A stretch of DNA of 64,000 bases from Squalus acanthias. Its lineage: Eukaryota. This document shows, in pieces, positions 62,115-64,000 of the stretch. The DNA is taken from NCBI GenBank assembly GCA_030390025.1, contig CM059433.1, forward strand, positions 12,774,001 through 12,838,000. Reading direction: 5' to 3'. The notes beneath the pieces were generated by a model. The model was not told the origin of the DNA, did not search any database, and was given only the letters and a program-made list of their open reading frames with translations. The stretch's first letter is position 1; each line of letters begins with the position of its first letter. The position numbers and the translations under genes are program-made.

Positions 62115-63928
62115 TCCTCTCCCTCTCCCCCTCCCCCTCCCCCACCCCCTCCCCCTCCCTCGCCCCCTCACCCTCCCTCTCCCCCTCCCCCTCCCTCGCC
62201 CCCTCCCTCGCCCCCTCCCCCTCCCCCTCCCTCTCCCCCTCCCCCTCCCTCTCCCCCTCCCCCTCCCTCTCCCCCTCCCCCTCCCTCTCCCCCTCCCCGC
62301 CCCCTCCCCCTCCCCCTCCCCCTCCCCTCCCCCTCCCCCTCCCCCTCCCTCTCCCCTCCCTCTCCCCCTCCCCCTCCCCCTCCCTCTCCCCCTCCCCCTC
62401 CATCGCCCCCTCCCCCTCCCTCTCCCCCCCTCTCCCCCGCCCCCTCCCCCGCCCTCTCCCTCGCCCTCCCCCGCCCTCTCCCCCCCCACCCCCTCCCCTC
62501 CCCCCTCCCCCTCCCCCTCCCCCTCCCTCTCCCCCTCCCCCTCCCTCTCCCCCTCCCCCTCCCCCACCTCCACCCCCTCCCCCTCCCACTCCCCCGTCCC
62601 CTCCCTCTCCCCCGCCCCCTCCCTCGCCCCCTCCCCCTCCCTCTCCCCCTCCCCCTCCCTCTCCCCCGCCCCCTCCCCCTCCCCTGCCCTCTCCCCCTCC
62701 CTCTCCCCCTCCCCCGCCCTCTCCCCCCTCCCTCTCCCCCGCCCTCTCCCCCTCCCTCTCCCCCCTCCCACCCTCTCCCCCTCCCTCTCCCCCTCCCCCC
62801 CCCCTCCCTCTCCCCCTCCCTCTCCCCCTCCCCCTCCCTCGCCCCCTCCCCCTCCCCCGCCCCCTCCCCCTCCCCCTCCCTCTCCCCCTCCCCCTCCCTC
62901 TCCCCCTCCCCCTCCCTCTCCCCCCCTCTCCCCCCCCCTCCCCTCCCTCTGCCCTCGCCCTCCGCCCGCCTCTCCCCCTCCCTCGCCCCTCCCCCCCCCC
63001 GCCCCCTCCTCTCACTCCTCCCCCTCCCTCTCCCCCGCCCCCTTCCCCTCACCACCGCCCTATCACCCCTCCTCTCCCCCCTCTCCCCGCCTCCCTTCCC
63101 GCTCCCTCCCCCCTCCATCTCCTCTCCCCCTCCCCCTCCCCCCCCACCCCTCCCCCTCCTCTCTCCCCCCCTCCTCTCCCCATCCCCCTCCGCTCGCCCC
63201 CTCCCCCGTCCCCACCCTCCCCTCCATCTTCCCCCTCCCTCCTCCCTCTCCCCCTCCCCCCCTCTCTCCCCCGCCCCATCCCCAGCCCTCTCCCTCGGCC
63301 CTCCCCCGCCTCTCTCCCCTCCCTCTCGCCCCTCCCCGCCCCCTCCCTCTCCCCCTCCCCCTCCCTCTCTCACCCCCCCTCCCCCTCCCCCGCCCTCTCC
63401 CCCTCCCTCTCCCCCCCTCCCCCGCCCCCTCCCTCTCCCCCTCCCCCTCCATCTCCCCCGCCCCCTCCCCTCCCCGCCCTCTCCCCCTCCCTCTCCCCCC
63501 TCCCCCGCCCCCACCCTCTCCCCCGCCCCCTCCCCGCCCCTCCCCCTCCCCCTCCCCCTCCCTCTCCCCCTCCCCCTCCCTCTCCCCGCCCTCCCCCGCC
63601 CTCTCCCCCTCCCTCTCCTCCTCCCCCTCCCTCTCCCCCGCCCTCTCCCCCTCCCCCGCCCTCTCCCCTCCTCCTCCTCTCCCCCGCCCTCTCCCCCTCC
63701 CCCGCCCTCTCCTCCTCCCTCTCCCCCGCCCTCTCCCCCTCCCCCTCCCCCGCCCTCTCCCCACCCCCGCCCTCTCCCCCGCCCTCTCCCCCTCCCCCGC
63801 CCCCTCCTCCTCCCCCGCCCTCTCCCCCGCCCTCTCCCCCTCCCCCGCCCCCTCCCCTCCCCGCCCTCTCCCCCTCCCCCTCCCCCGCCCTCTCCCCCTC
63901 CCCCTCCCTCTCCCCCTCCCCCTCCCCC
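62115..63928. repeat. About 1.8-kb degenerate (CCCCCT)n/(CCCTCT)n C-rich tract
   Basis: Directly visible. Almost entirely C/T on the + strand. Confidence 0.97.
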
Positions 63929-64000
63929 GAGGGACTACCGGCGGTCCTCTGCCAGCCGCCCAGCTGCCCGACGTTCCTGAGGTTGAAGACTGGTGAGCTG

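Noticed and set aside
61779..63996. Long Pro-rich and Gly/Arg/Glu-rich ORFs (up to 689 aa) on both strands
   Set aside because: Artefact of a C/T-only tract that cannot contain stop codons; it is open in many frames at once.

Overview
Eukaryotic, vertebrate-type non-coding DNA. The repeat families (HE1/V-type SINE, Deu-type SINEs, CR1 and L2 LINEs) point to a cartilaginous fish (shark-like); the species is not determined. I could not support any host protein-coding exon, so this looks like a large intron or gene desert. Much of the window is transposon-derived: many CR1 LINE copies (one nearly full-length, with a zinc-finger/esterase ORF1), L2 fragments, several SINEs, numerous PIF/Harbinger-type elements (MITEs with 3-bp TSDs, Myb/SANT-carrying derivatives, decayed HARBI1-like transposase fragments), a 41-bp tandem array, microsatellites and a 1.8-kb C-rich tract. 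Two structures stand out. (1) Penelope-like fold-back elements carry minimal hammerhead-ribozyme cores (CUGANGA...GAAA); one has a perfect 192-bp inverted repeat with a hammerhead on each strand. (2) A compact single-ORF LINE has a tRNA-like 5' head, and a SINE-sized internally deleted derivative of it lies 6 kb away. All family assignments come from motif recognition by eye, not database searches. Boundaries without TSDs are approximate.
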